A stretch of DNA of 41,274 nucleotides. It comes from Nemertoderma westbladi. Lineage: Eukaryota > Animalia > Xenacoelomorpha. Positions 1 to 12,455 of the stretch are shown here, one piece after another (position 1 is the first letter of the stretch; every line of letters starts with the position of its first letter). The notes under the pieces were generated by a model that was given only the letters and a program-made list of their open reading frames with translations, was not told where the DNA came from and ran no database searches. The position numbers were made by a program, and so were the translations under genes. Location of the stretch: positions 1 to 41,274 of the forward strand of contig JAUCBJ010007039.1 of assembly GCA_032718475.1 (NCBI GenBank), read 5' to 3'.

Positions 1-24
1 TAAGTGGTTCGCGCATACAGCTGT

Positions 25-3000
25 TGTTCGCGCTTTTAGACCTTTAGCAGTTTAACCTGCCAATTTTAGTTGTCCTATTGTTTATAAATCGACTTTAGCC
101 TTTTACCAATTACCGAGAGAAAGCCGCCCCAATATTAGATTATTACAACAACATATCCATTGGGTAAGATAGTGGAGGAGAGCCAGCCCGTCTCTTAATT
201 TTTTACTTTATATTACGCGATCAATTTTCACTCATCTCGTCATGAACCCAACATGTATGTAACCTTTTGTTAAATTTGTTGGCTATGCGTTTGCGGTTGT
301 TTGGGCGGAGTGTGGTAGGCCTACACTTTTCACACTTAAATATTTTGGTTGTGAAATGTTACAGGGCATAGCTATCTGAGATATTTCATTTATATTTTAT
401 TATGAGAGGAAGAAGAACATACAACGTTATTTTCTATATATGTAACAAAATAATTGTTTTCGGGTTTAACTTGGAAGCCTCCCCAAATAGTTGATATACA
501 ATTATATTTAAAATTATTTCCATGGTCATGGTCATTCACCCGTCTTTAGTTAGAAATTTGTTTGCATGAAAGACAGTTTAGTTTAGTTTTTACTGATTTA
601 TTATCTCTTATCTGACTGGGGTAATAATAAAGGATAGGATAAATGGAAGCAAAGTGTGACAGTAACAAATATTTCCCCGTCACCCAAGCATGTCTTAAGT
701 ATATGATATATATATCAAAGGGGGAAGTTTGGATTCACTGCATAAATGCAGTTCACCAAACTTCCCCCGAATGCACACTGTAACTTCCCCCTTCCCACAA
801 ATATCCACTTTTGAATTAATTTGAAGCAATATAATAAGTACAAAATTGTGCGAGTTTTTAATTGTTTGGTCCAATTGTTATTTGATTTCTATTTATTATT
901 TAAAGTGCATTTAATATCACACTGGTTTTTAGAATATTATACTATACAACCTTATGTTTTATTAATTTACCCAATCGAAGCCTCATAAGGGCCGGTTATC
1001 TGTACGCATATCCCCTAATGCGCTCAGTAAGGTTCAAACAACATATTAATATGAAAATATAGTATCTGCAAAGAAAAGAACCCAATACTATATAATTTGA
1101 CCTTATTAAAAAATTTGCACTTTTGCACACTTATTTGTACAAATGCACTTTAGCAGATCGTAATGGTGGCTCTTATTTAACAAACTTATGTTTATCCTCT
1201 ACCGATCTACGATGGTGTATGATCAAGTGTCAGTCGCTAAAAGTGTCAAAAATATAATTTAATAAATCTGGATTTGCGATTTTGGACAATATTCATGGAC
1301 ATTTTTAAGTCACTTTATAGACATAAAAAGTTAAACAAATGTTACGATTATAGTTAGAAATCATTCCAAACTACATTTTAATCCAAAAAATAACATTCTA
1401 CGATGAATAGAACTGGAAATAAAAGTGTTTGAAATATCGAAAAAATGTTCACTATTTAAGTGCATTTTGCACTAAGTGCACATGCGTCTTTTCCCAAGTT
1501 TTATCCTATTTCGCACACTACAATCTATCCTCTATCCAATGAAAAAAGTTTCAGATTAAACGGCCCTGTAGAACCGAAGTTATTTATGTTTAAAAATAGT
1601 CACTCGAAAATTTCAAATTCTCTTGGTCACATAGTCTAGTGGTTATCAATCACGTTAATGAAACCTAAGTTCGCGGGTTCGAAATCCAATATTGACCTGA
1701 CCATTCTTAATTTTTTTTGCAAAAAAAATTATTTTTATTTTTTCACTAAAATCGCTCTAACTTCGGTTCTGGTGGTCCAAATTCAATAAAATTGGTATAT
1801 TCTTTGCCGTAATTTTTTTCTTAATCTTTTGAGAAGGGGTTATTTTTGGCCCCAAAAAAATTAAAAAAAGGGCCAAAATAACGCGATATTTTTCGACCCT
1901 TAAAATTCGTAATTTTAATTATATATGTTAAGATAAAAGATAGCAGAGTTAATTTGATACTTTTTACAGGTACTTTTGGCGCAATACGCTAAATTATAAT
2001 GGAATAGCGATTTGTTAAAAAAAAAAATTTTTCGTCCCTTTTTATAAATATTATATTTCACACGATCGCCTGCCGCTCCAGTTTTATAATACCTCCGGCG
2101 CTGTGATTAACGCTGTTAGATAGATAATTTAACGCACTATAAGTCTGTGTAAACAAATCTCCCGTAAGTTAAGTAGTTTTCGAGCTAGACGATTTCCCGC
2201 GAAGCAAGTTTGAAGCGCGAAATTATAATTTTGGCCCTCATTTTTTTAATATCATCCTTGGAGCAAAACCGATAGCATATTTGAATTTCCCGTATGGATA
2301 TTGACTGTATAGAATGTATGTACCTTAACCAACTAAAGTTAAAAATAAAAAATTATTCGATAAAAACTACTTTACAAATTCTGGCCCTTTTTGGCCCCTA
2401 TTGCCGACATATTTTTTGTACCCCCATTCGATAGGAACGTAGCCCCAATGGTCTTCTACGAGTTTCATAAAAGAATTAGTGGATTCCTACCCGCGTTGTC
2501 GAATTAAACATTTCGGAAATAAGTTTTCCAAAAAAGACGGACAAAAACGTACAAATTTACAGCCCCTTTTTCCACCCGAAATTTTAATAAATATCTTACC
2601 CCCATTCGATACGAAGGTAGTACATCTCTTCCCCTTTCCAACCGCGTTACTTTCGTCCCCGTACAATTAATATTAGCCGAGTTATAGCGGATCCCGCAAA
2701 TTCATTTTGTCCGTTTTTTCAACTTTGACGGACATTTTCGGAAAAAGGCGTGGTAATCTTTTTTGAAAAAAAAAACGAATTCACTAATTAATCCCTTCTA
2801 TCGTATCCCGGCGTCGGCTAAGCAATAACCTAGGGTTTTTTCGAGCCACTGTAGAGCGCCTTTCAAAAAAATTTTAAAATTGTCGAAAAAATGACGGATT
2901 TTTGTCCGCCGTGTCCGTCGAAGGGTTAGATTTAATAATGATAGCGTTGCTAATATCTTAGAATTCCGAGCCGCTCCCCTGGTGAGAAAATAAAAAAATT

Positions 3001-4133
3001 TGGTCTGTTCCTTCATCGAAAAGTCCCCCAGAATCCCAAGTTAACCTATATAGTTAGCGATGGCCTGCGGCTTTAGGAGCGGCCGCGGTATTCACCTCCC
3101 TCATAGCGGCCGCGGCGGTGTTGCGTCAAATGGAGAAATATTTATCCCACCTAGTGTACTGAAGTTACATCAGCCGAAGCCAGTCCGTGCGCGGCGTATG
3201 ACCCACGGTGTGGGAGACTGGATTCGGATTCCTTGGGAGTTATTGCAGTGTAGACCTACTGTATTATTCGATTGATCGCTACTATATAATCTCTGACAAC
3301 TATATTCACTTTCGGGGAAATATTAACAGTTCCTTTAGGACGTGGCGCTTTAAGTATAAAAACAGAGTTATGACTTATACTAATCACAACTAGATGGCCA
3401 CAGAGTTTCGTAAATAGCGCATTCTTTAGGAGATGCTTTATTAACCTTCACACTACTTCACACTACTTTACACTAGTTCGCACTAATCTGCCGACCGTCA
3501 CTGAATTTGATCATATATAAGGAGGATTGCAACTGACACACGTAGGGATTATGAAATAGCATTTAATTCACACAAAACTACTATAATTTAAGTCGCAGTT
3601 GCTACCGGTAAACTCTATTCCTCTTACCTCAGTAATCAAGAAGATTGAGGGGTTTATGATTATTTATTGGTATTCTCCAAATATAACATCAATATCCATT
3701 AATATAACAACAATTAATACCATTACCAGAAGTAAAATAATGCGGTGAACAGTCAGTATGTGTTACTTATGCAGTGGTCCAGGTGTTTCAGGGTGTATCC
3801 AGTGATTCAGGTTAATAGATTTACGTTCTTATAACCAAGGCCATCTGATGTTCCTAGGCCAAAGTCTGAAACTTCTGTACAGAAGCACAGAATCCTGAGT
3901 TGGTTCTGATGCTCAGAAAAATAGTAAACAAAGACCGTAATGCATTGCGCGAGTTTCTATTGGTTTCTATTAGCCGTAACTGCATTAACAGAACAAAGAA
4001 CTTCCACGTCCACAGATTTCGTCATCTTGGTTCTAATTCCTTCCCATCGCGTAGTTGGACAAATTTAGGGCTATTTTAGAGTATTCTGTGCATTGCGTAA
4101 AAATGACTTGTTATGTCCGCAAAAGCTTTTACA
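25..4133. mobile_element. 4.1 kb non-coding insertion in the Gypsy 3' LTR (solo-LTR-like or composite)
   Basis: Removing it restores the LTR. Termini TGTTCGCGCTTTT...AAAAGCTTTTACA are imperfectly inverted. Flanks are GCTGT/GCTGA, or alternatively an 8-bp TACAGCTG duplication. No credible ORF inside. Confidence 0.65.
1625..1697 (+). other. Degenerate tRNA-like / Pol III promoter relic
   Basis: GGTCA...TGACC ends, box A-like TAGTCTAGTGG, box B-like GGTTCGAAATCC, and a T-run ~13 nt downstream. The anticodon arm does not pair. Confidence 0.45.
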
Positions 4134-4293
4134 GCTGAACTGTGTACAGGGGGTCAGTATCTAGCGGTACTGCAGTAATAAGCAGTCTGGATGTCCCGTT
4201 AAAGCCGTAAGTATGTATATCCTTAGTATATTCCCTTCACCCATGTTGCCTTATAATACAGTATAAAGATTGGGGCGAGCCATGAACACAACA
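4134..4293 (-). repeat. Gypsy 3' LTR, inner part (remainder at 1-24 and off-window)
   Basis: Starts TGTTGTGTTCATGG on the minus strand directly after the polypurine tract GGGAAAAGGGGA (4294-4305). Near-identical to the other LTR. Confidence 0.88.
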
Positions 4294-4399
4294 TCCCCTT
4301 TTCCCGTGAGATCTATAAGAGTTATACGAGTTATAGTCTAGTTTGTTGTTTAAAAGGGCGGTTTTAAACTTTATGTATGACTGTCTCCCCAAATCTGAC

Positions 4400-7300
4400 A
4401 GTTGGTGTTCTAGTACGTTCGCTCCTGCGCGGCAGTACCGGTACGGAAATACTTTCAGTTTCTAAACTTTTGGGTTGGATACTATTCGGAGGTGTTTCCA
4501 CAGTGGCCTCTTCTGGCACATAGTACTGGCGGAGGAAACGGTGGTTGCGTCACCATGTGCGCCCGGAGGCGAGTTTCACTCCATTGTCTCGGTTGGGGCC
4601 GACACCTACTACGGTGCCAACGTTGTTCCATCGTTTGGAGCATGGGTTTTGAATCCGCACTCGTATACCGGGGTGAAACGGTCGATGATCGCGGGCCGTT
4701 TGGTTGTAGTGAACTGTATAAGTTTTACGAAGTTCTTCTGCTCTTTTATCGATCGCGTTGGCTTTCTCACGCCATTGTAGAGCATAGGCCGTGTAATAGG
4801 CGGGTACATGAGTCCACAGTTGTCGTCCAAATACGACTTCATTTGGAGACCTCCTGCCTGCGTGTGTAGTGTTCCGGATTTCCATTATGCCGTTGTGGAA
4901 TTCCTCGGACTTTGTGTCGTTCCGCGGTACTTTCCGGGTGAGAGTTTTTATTAGTTTTACGGCAGACTCGGCATGTCCGTTACTCTGCGGGAAGTGAGGG
5001 GTGCTGGGAGACCAGCTTACTCCCCAACGTTTCAGAAACTGTTGGAAGAATGTAGCCGCAAACTGAGGTCCGCCATCGGTGCGCAGTCTGGTTGGGACCC
5101 CGTGGTCCACAAACCATGGACGCATCACATAAGCGACATCCCTGGCAGTGGGGTCGCTACGCCATTCGTGTACCAATGGGTATCCCGAGAGGCGGTCGGC
5201 GTAGGCAAGGTAGTGTTTCCCGCCAGTCTCGAACAGATCGGCGGAGACAGATTCGAAAGGCCACTTGGGCGTCTCATCAGTACGCAAAGTCTCCTTCTGG
5301 AGGCTCGGTTGAAGCGTCTGGCACGCTTCGCATTGATTGACAGTGAGTTCAATGTTGCGTGATATCCCCGGCCAATAAACCATCTGCCAGGCGCGTTGTT
5401 TCATCCGGGTCATTCCCTGGTGGGATGCATGGAGGCGGTTTAATACGTCACGTTGGTGGGCCGGTGGGACGACAATGCACCCCCGAAGAGTACAAGGTCA
5501 TCCTCGATTGCGAGTTCGTTACTGATGGATTTAAACATCTGGATGTATGGTGATGCGTTCCGGATGTTTCGGAAGTTATCCTCGATCTCCCGGATGAGTT
5601 CGGTATAGTTGGAGTTGCCTCGGGCTGCCGAGCGCAAGTCATCCAACACGGGGTCGGTAAGGGAGGTGAGTAGAACTGCACAGATAGAGGCTGCAGTTCG
5701 GGAGTCCCCGCCGAACTCAGCATCATCCGCTGTCGGGTCATCGACAGGTGAGCGACTTAGGCAATCGGCAATGCGGTTTTCCTTTTTGCTACTCCAGTTG
5801 GAATTGATAATTCGATTGTAAGTCCACTTTTATCCGCTGGATTTTCGCGTTGTCGACTTGGTCTATCAAATACCAGTTGAATATTGTTATCAGCGGGCGG
5901 TGTGGTCTGTCACCACCGTAAAGGTCGGTACACCCGATAGATAAATCCGGCACTTCTGTATAGCGTAACGGATTGCTACCGCTTCCAGTTCTATGGTCGC
6001 ATAGCGAGTTTCCGGATCCGAGAGGAACCGGCTACCGCAGGCAACGAGTTTCCAATTGTTCCCATTAAGTTGTAAAAGGTCGAATCCAAATCCATGGAGG
6101 CGACTGGCGTCGGTCTCTAATCGTGTCTCCAGGTTAGGGTTGAAAGGAGCGAGGACCGGTGGTTGTACGAGTGCGAGTTTTACGTCGATGAATGCTGCGT
6201 CGTGGGTTGCCGTCCATTGGAAGAGGTTCTTGGTTCGGAGAAGGTCGCGGAGTGGGGTGGCTGCAGTGCTGATGTTGCTGCAGAAATGGCCGAGTTGATT
6301 CACAAGGCCCATAAAACTCCGGAGATCAGTAATGTTCTGCGGAGCAGGATACTCTGCAATAGCCTTTAATTTATCCGGGTCCGCCTCTGTTCCTTCGTCC
6401 GATACAATATATCTGGCAAACTTAACCCGTTTTTTAGCGAAATCAAACTTAGCCGGATGTAACGTCATACCTGCGTCCCTGCACCGTTGCAGTACCGTGT
6501 GGACGCGTTGAACGTGGTCGTCGAGGTTGGAATCCTCGATGAGGATATCGTCCACAACCTTGTGGACTTGTGGGATCCCTTGGAAGGCCATATCGCCGTG
6601 ATAATTGTAAGAGTCGCCAGCTGAAATGAACCCCATAGGGGCGCGCGCGTAACAGAATCTACCCCAGGGTGTTTGGAAGGTTGTATAGTCTCTGGATTTT
6701 TCTTCCAGTTCCACCTGCCAGTAACCAGATTTCGCATCCAGTTTTGTAAATATGTGAGTGTTAGGGGTCCTGTCAGACACCACATCGAGGGGCATTCTAG
6801 AATTATGAACTGTTCTACGCACCTGTGAGTTTAGTTTTGTTAGGTCCACTGTCATTCTGACCTCACCGGGACGACCGGATTTCGGGCAGACGACGATGGG
6901 ATGGCACCAGGTTGTGGGCCAATCGCCCACACGTTCGATGATGCCCTTCGCCTCCATATTCTCGATTTCGCGCTTCACCTGTTCGCGATAAGGGAACGGA
7001 ATGGGGCAGGCTGCATAAATGCAGAATGGTACCGCATTTTCCACCAACTCTATTGACATTGGTGGGCCACACATTGTTTTGAGGTGTCCGTCCATTTGGA
7101 AAACATCCTTAAACTCCTCTAGGAGTTTGAGTTTAATTTCGTCGGAGTTTATTGAAAGTTCGTGTTTAATTTCGTCAGAGTTTATTGAAAGTTCGTGTTT
7201 AATTTCGTCAGAGTTTATCGAAAGTTTGCGTTTAATTTAGTCCGAGTTTATCGAAAGTTCGTCTTTAATTTCTTTGGACTTGGAGTTTATTGGTAGTCCC

Positions 7301-9067
7301 CATTTTGTAGCTGCGGCGTATGATTGTTTGGGGGTGGGATCAGCGTCTGATTCCGCGGAAACGCTCCGAACTTACCGTTTGATGTCTGGGCGAATAGTTG
7401 AAATTGGTTTGGGGAAATCTTATGTACTCTTCCCAAACCTTTGCAGGTTTGCAGGTTGCAGGTTTCTGTTCCCATATCCGGACATAAATAAACCCACTCT
7501 TTATGAGTGTGGCCCCCTACAGAGAGTTCCATAAAAAGTTTACCCTCACACTCGATTCGGCCACCGTTTGCTGATTGCAGTGGAAAATCGGGAGGAATTA
7601 TTTCAGTCGACTCCGGTAATTTCAACTCCGATTGTATCATGGAGCCGGCTACAGTGACCTGGGCTCCCGTATCAGCGATACACATGTTTTTCCCACATAT
7701 TCGCCCGATTTGTGGAAATCTACCGTGATAAGCGCACGTTTATTTGCGGCGGTGCGCTTGTGGATGTCGACGATAAGGACGGCGCCGGATATTTTTGGAG
7801 GAATTTTGGATTTAGGTTGTAAACATTGCGCGCCGAAGTGTCCAGTCCTCCCGCAGTTACTGCAATCCTTTCCTGCAGCTCTGCAGGGTGCATTGTTGCT
7901 GTGGGGAAACTTCCCTCCACAGTGAAGGCATTCCCCCCCGTTCTTTTGCCGTGTTGATGAGTTCTAGGGCGTGGTTTGAGGAAGGACTCCGCCCCGTAGC
8001 GGAAGTTTCCTTCCCTTTCCGGTACCTACTCTTAGGGCATCGACTACGTCCCCTGGGTGGGGGTGTTTGCGGAGTCCGTACTGCGTTCACACACTGCCCT
8101 CTTATGAGTTTAGTATCCCTTGCTGCGATTTCGCGGGACCGGCAAAAATCGAGAGTTTCCAGTCGTGTTAGGGGTGGTCGTTAGCAAAGAGTTCCTCCTG
8201 TGTTTCGTCGTCATGGATACCTCGGATGAGGAGCGTATTAACCCAGTCGCCTGGGGTCATCGTTTCGAGACCAGCGTCGTCTGCCAGCTCGCACAGTCGT
8301 ACGTAATAATCGTCGAATGCGTGATTCTCCGACTGTTTTAGTTGGACAAGTTGATGGCGGTCGACAACGAGGTTCCTCTCGGAACGGAGGTATAAGCGGA
8401 TCTCCTCCATAACTTCCGCAAGAGTTTTGTCCGTGTTTACCAGGATGTTTAGGCGATGGTGGATGCGGTTGAGGAACTCGGCAGAACAATTCGAAAAAAA
8501 GACTGCAAGTTGATCCTCCCGAGGTTTCTGGGATAAGTGGACAACGGTACAGTAGTTGCTCCACTGGATCTCCCAGCGTTTTTAGCGCTGAAACGTGATA
8601 TCTACTTCGAGTTTCTCGGGGGCTCGAGCGTTTAGTTTTACGGTTTCGCCAGGTCCGGGGTTCCGGGGGGGGGGGGGGGGGGGGGGGTGCGCCTGCGGGT
8701 CCCTGTCGGAGTAGTTGGAGAAATTCCGCCCTCTCTTCTGCACGGAGACGATCGCGATGTTCCTCGCGGCGTTCATCGTTCTCCCGGTGGTGTAGCTCCT
8801 CTCCCCGGCGGCGTTGTTCTTCCTCGGCACGGTCGCGCTGAAGGTAGATCAGAAACTGCGTTAGTTCGGGCGGTTTATGTTCGTCACCCTGTTCCTGGTC
8901 ACCAAGCGCGCCCTTGAGTTGATTGCGTAGTTTGTTGGACGATGTTTTCGGATTGAATTGGATTCCAGCGTTTAGTGGATCTTAAGTGTCTCCCAGTCGA
9001 GATTATCAATTTCCTCGAGCCGTAGATCGAGCCAATCGTCAGGTTGAATGGGTGTTGTCCTTGCCAT
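4400..9067 (-). pseudogene. Gypsy gag-pol, broken by stops and frameshifts
   Basis: Gag CCHC knuckle (CSNCGRTGHFGAQC, ~7825-7865), protease CIADTGAQVTV (~7685), RT KLDAKSGYWQ...VVDDIL and RNase H ETDASRLHG...YATIELE (5890-7095), integrase ADLF...TDGGPQF...SNGHAESAVK (4550-5413). End coordinates are approximate. Confidence 0.9.
7131..7271. repeat. 33-bp (11-codon) tandem repeat, ~4 copies, in the Gypsy PR-RT linker
   Basis: Unit GTTTAATTTCGTCAGAGTTTATTGAAAGTTCGT, reading EIKHELSINSD on the minus strand. Confidence 0.8.
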
Positions 9068-9418
9068 CCTGGTCAGCTAGTGTTGTAAGTTCCACGTAGG
9101 TTAAATTCTACTGGCTCTGTTTGCCAGCTACACACTGCTGCACTGTGCCATTTAATGTTTCGTAGTGCGAGCGGAGGTTATGAAGTAAATAACATATATT
9201 TGAGTTCAATATAATACCAGCACACGTATAATGTTACGGTATAATAGCATCAGACATGTTGCGCTGCAGCCGTGCTGCATAAGTGGTTCGCGCATACAGC
9301 TGTACTGTGTACAGGGGGTCAGTATCTAGCAGTACTGCAGTATTAAGCAGTCTGGATGTCCCGTTAAAGCCGTAAGTATGTATATCCTTAGTATATTCCC
9401 TTCACCAATGTTGCCTTA

Positions 9419-10917
9419 TTAGCAAGTCGTTAGACTTGATTACTGTAAGAATTGTTGACTGGCTGGCTGACTGGCTGGCTGACTGGCTGGCTGACTGACT
9501 GATCTACAGCCAAAACTACTCTAACGAATTTGATGAAATTTTCACAGCGACTAGATACCACGATTCTAAGGTCCCTGGTATGATCGGCTACTCCGTCCAT
9601 AGCCTCTGGGCTCGAAAAATAGAGATAAACGAAAAAACGCCTTAGGCGCAATGGTAAAATAACACCAATGACAGCTGGTGTCCTGATGAAAAATGGCTTA
9701 TGTAATGCATTTCTACACAAGGCTTAGTATAAATCGATGAGGTTGCCAAGATTATTGTACTCAGTACACCCATACTGTTTGTTTAGGCCCTGCACTCTCT
9801 GTCAAAGCAAATATTAACTGGTTGATTTAGTTTGTGGTTCTACACAGGCTTAGTATAAATCGATGAGGCTGCCAACTGGTTGGTTTAGTTTGCAATCTAT
9901 TACCGCCTCAGCTGAATAACTCTTCCCCCTGCTGAATGACTATTAGGTATACAGTGTATCGGCTACATTAATGCCAACATTAATACTGTGGAGGCTGTAT
10001 GCTTATAAGGTGGAATGTTTACTCAGCCTTATACTGATACTCTGTAAGGCTAAGACTAACATTATAGTTTGAAATATAAAAATCACTTATTATTATCTGT
10101 ATTGGGTTAATAATCACTGTGGCATTCAAAATGTTTTATAGGTGGTTGACATTTAGTGCAAGCTGAATGACTGTTAGTTACAGAGTACTACAGTACTGCA
10201 CTCTATTTTATTTTTAAATCTTTCGTCCAACATTAATACTTTGGAGGTTGTATGCTTATAAGGCGAATGTTTACTCAGCTTCATACTGATACACTGTAAG
10301 GCTAACACTAACGTTATAGTTTAAAACATAAAAATCACTGCTTATTATCTGTATCAGGTTACACACTGTGGCATTCAAAATGTTTAAATGTTTTATAGGT
10401 GATTGATATTTAGTGCAAGCTGAATGACTGTAGGTTACAGAGTACTATTGCACTGTATTTTATTTTTAAATCTTTTGGCAAACATTAATACATTGGAAGC
10501 TGTATGCTTATAAGGCGGAATGTTTACTCAGCCTCATACTGATACTCTGTAAGGCTTACACTAACATTATAGTTTGAAATATAAAAATAACTGCTTATTA
10601 TCTGTATTGGGTTAATCACTGTGGCATTCAAAATGTTTTGTTAGGTGAATGACATTTAGTGGCTAAGATTATTCTCTGTCAGATTCCCTTCACACCATAG
10701 GCAAACATTGTTGAGGCTGAGGGAATTTACTTTAGTTTACTCTACTGAGTCATTCAGCTGAATGGATTTGAGCAATTGCCAACTTACAGAGTGGGATCTC
10801 TCTCTGACCATAGATAAATAACACTTCCCTTCTGAACAAAGGTAAACATTGTTGAGGGAACTTACCTTTGATTGACGACTTCCGACTTGCTTAACGGCGT
10901 CTTGACGCCGTCTCTAG
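9419..10917 (+). mobile_element. Helentron-associated (HINE/DINE-1-like) non-autonomous element, unit 1
   Basis: 5' TT, subterminal GCAAGTCG...CGACTTGC inverted pair, (GGCT/GACT)n microsatellite, three ~250-bp internal tandem repeats (~9973, ~10226, ~10477), 3' hairpin ACGGCGTC-TT-GACGCCGT, then CTAG. Confidence 0.75.
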
Positions 10918-10920
10918 TTA

Positions 10921-10973
10921 TTAGGAACCGAGAGGTTCATTACTGTAAGAATTGCTCGTGGCTGGCTGGCTGA

Positions 10974-11004
<31 letters not shown>

Positions 11005-12455
11005 ACTGACTGACTGATCTACAGCCAAAACTACTCTAACGATTTTGATGAAATTTTCACAGCATCTAGATACCGCGATTCTAAGGTCCCTGGCATGATC
11101 GGCTACTCCGTCCATAGCCTCTGGGCTCGAAAAATAGAGATAAACGAAAAAACGCCATAGGCGCAATGGTAAAATAACACCCATGACAGCTGGTGTCCTG
11201 ATGAAAAATGGCTTTATGTAATGCATTTCTACACAAGGCTTAGTAAGGCTTAGTAATAAATCGATGAGGTTGCCAAGATTATTATACTCAGTACACCCAT
11301 ACTGTTTGTATAGGCCACCACTCTCTGTCAAAGCAAACATTATTAACTGGTTGGTTTAGTTTGAAATCTAATATCGCCTCAGCTGAATTACTCTTCCCAA
11401 TGCAATCTATGGGAATATCTCACTCTGCTAATGTAAGCTGAATGACTGTTACGTACACAGTGAGTTGGCTACAATAATGCCAACATTATTGCAAAATGTT
11501 TTATTGTTGGATTACTCTCTGTCAGTCACCCCTTCAGAACATTGTATAGGGAATTTACTTTAGTTTACTCTACTGTGCCATTCAGCTGAATGGATTTGAG
11601 CGATTGCCAAGTTACAGAGTTGGATCATTCTCTGACCATAGGCAAAGACATCAAATCTTTTTAAAAATAATACTTTTTCCATGTTTTTTTTTCTGACCAA
11701 AAATTTCAAAAAAATTTTTTCGTAGCCAGTACTGCCAATCGATTCGCCATCAAAAATAACGCAAAAAAATTTTTTTGCAAAATTTTAAATTACTGTAAAT
11801 TTTTGGCGACTGGGGGGGGTCAATTTTTTTCGATCCGCTATAACTCCAGAACGCGTTGTCCAAATTCGATGGGGTTTTCATTTTTCAACTTAATTCGATG
11901 TCCTCTTTCAGCCTATCCATGTTTCGAAACCCCAAACAGCGCCGTTCAAAAATTAATTTTTTCTAGTTCTAGAATTTTACAAATTTCAAAAAAGTTGCAG
12001 TATTTTATTAACGCCTTTACGGAATTCGATAGCGTTTTCGATTTTTATATTAAACGCAATATCCTGAATCTCACTAGCCTAGTTTCGCGTCACCAATGCC
12101 AAGACTTCATACTTTTTGAGGAAAATTTTTCTAGAATAATTTTTATTTAATTACTTTATCGCGATTTCTTATTACTGGTTGCACATGAACTGATGGAGTT
12201 TTCAATTTATTAACTAAACACGATATCGCGCATCGCACCAGCATGGTTTCGAAATTCCAAAACGAGGTCTTCACTAGTTGCAGGTCGATTTTGTTCTAGA
12301 ATTGAGCAACTAATAATAGATCGAATTTATTAATAATTATTGTATGAAATATGATTGTATTTTTACATAATTATTAGTTCTATACTAATTCTCGTTGTCT
12401 CTTTTATTTAAAATAAAAAGTCGGTTCCTTATCGGGCCGCTAGGCCCGTCACTAG
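10921..12455 (+). mobile_element. HINE/DINE-1-like element, unit 2
   Basis: Subterminal GGAACCGA...TCGGTTCC, the same core and microsatellite as unit 1, 3' hairpin CGGGCC-GCTA-GGCCCG, then CTAG. Confidence 0.72.

Noticed and set aside
1625-1697. Functional tRNA gene (also considered for 28213-28284)
   Set aside because: The cloverleaf stems are incomplete, so both are kept only as tRNA-like relics.
8664-8687. Poly-G tracts (also ~14150, 19394, 19643, 39889, 40108) as a functional G-quadruplex system
   Set aside because: They are scattered homopolymers in unrelated contexts. Their lengths are unreliable and there is no shared flanking motif.
9430-11340. Paralogous minus-strand ORFs 9430-9720 and 10921-11340
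   Set aside because: Translations of the non-coding HINE core and microsatellite. The similarity reflects the repeat, not a protein family.
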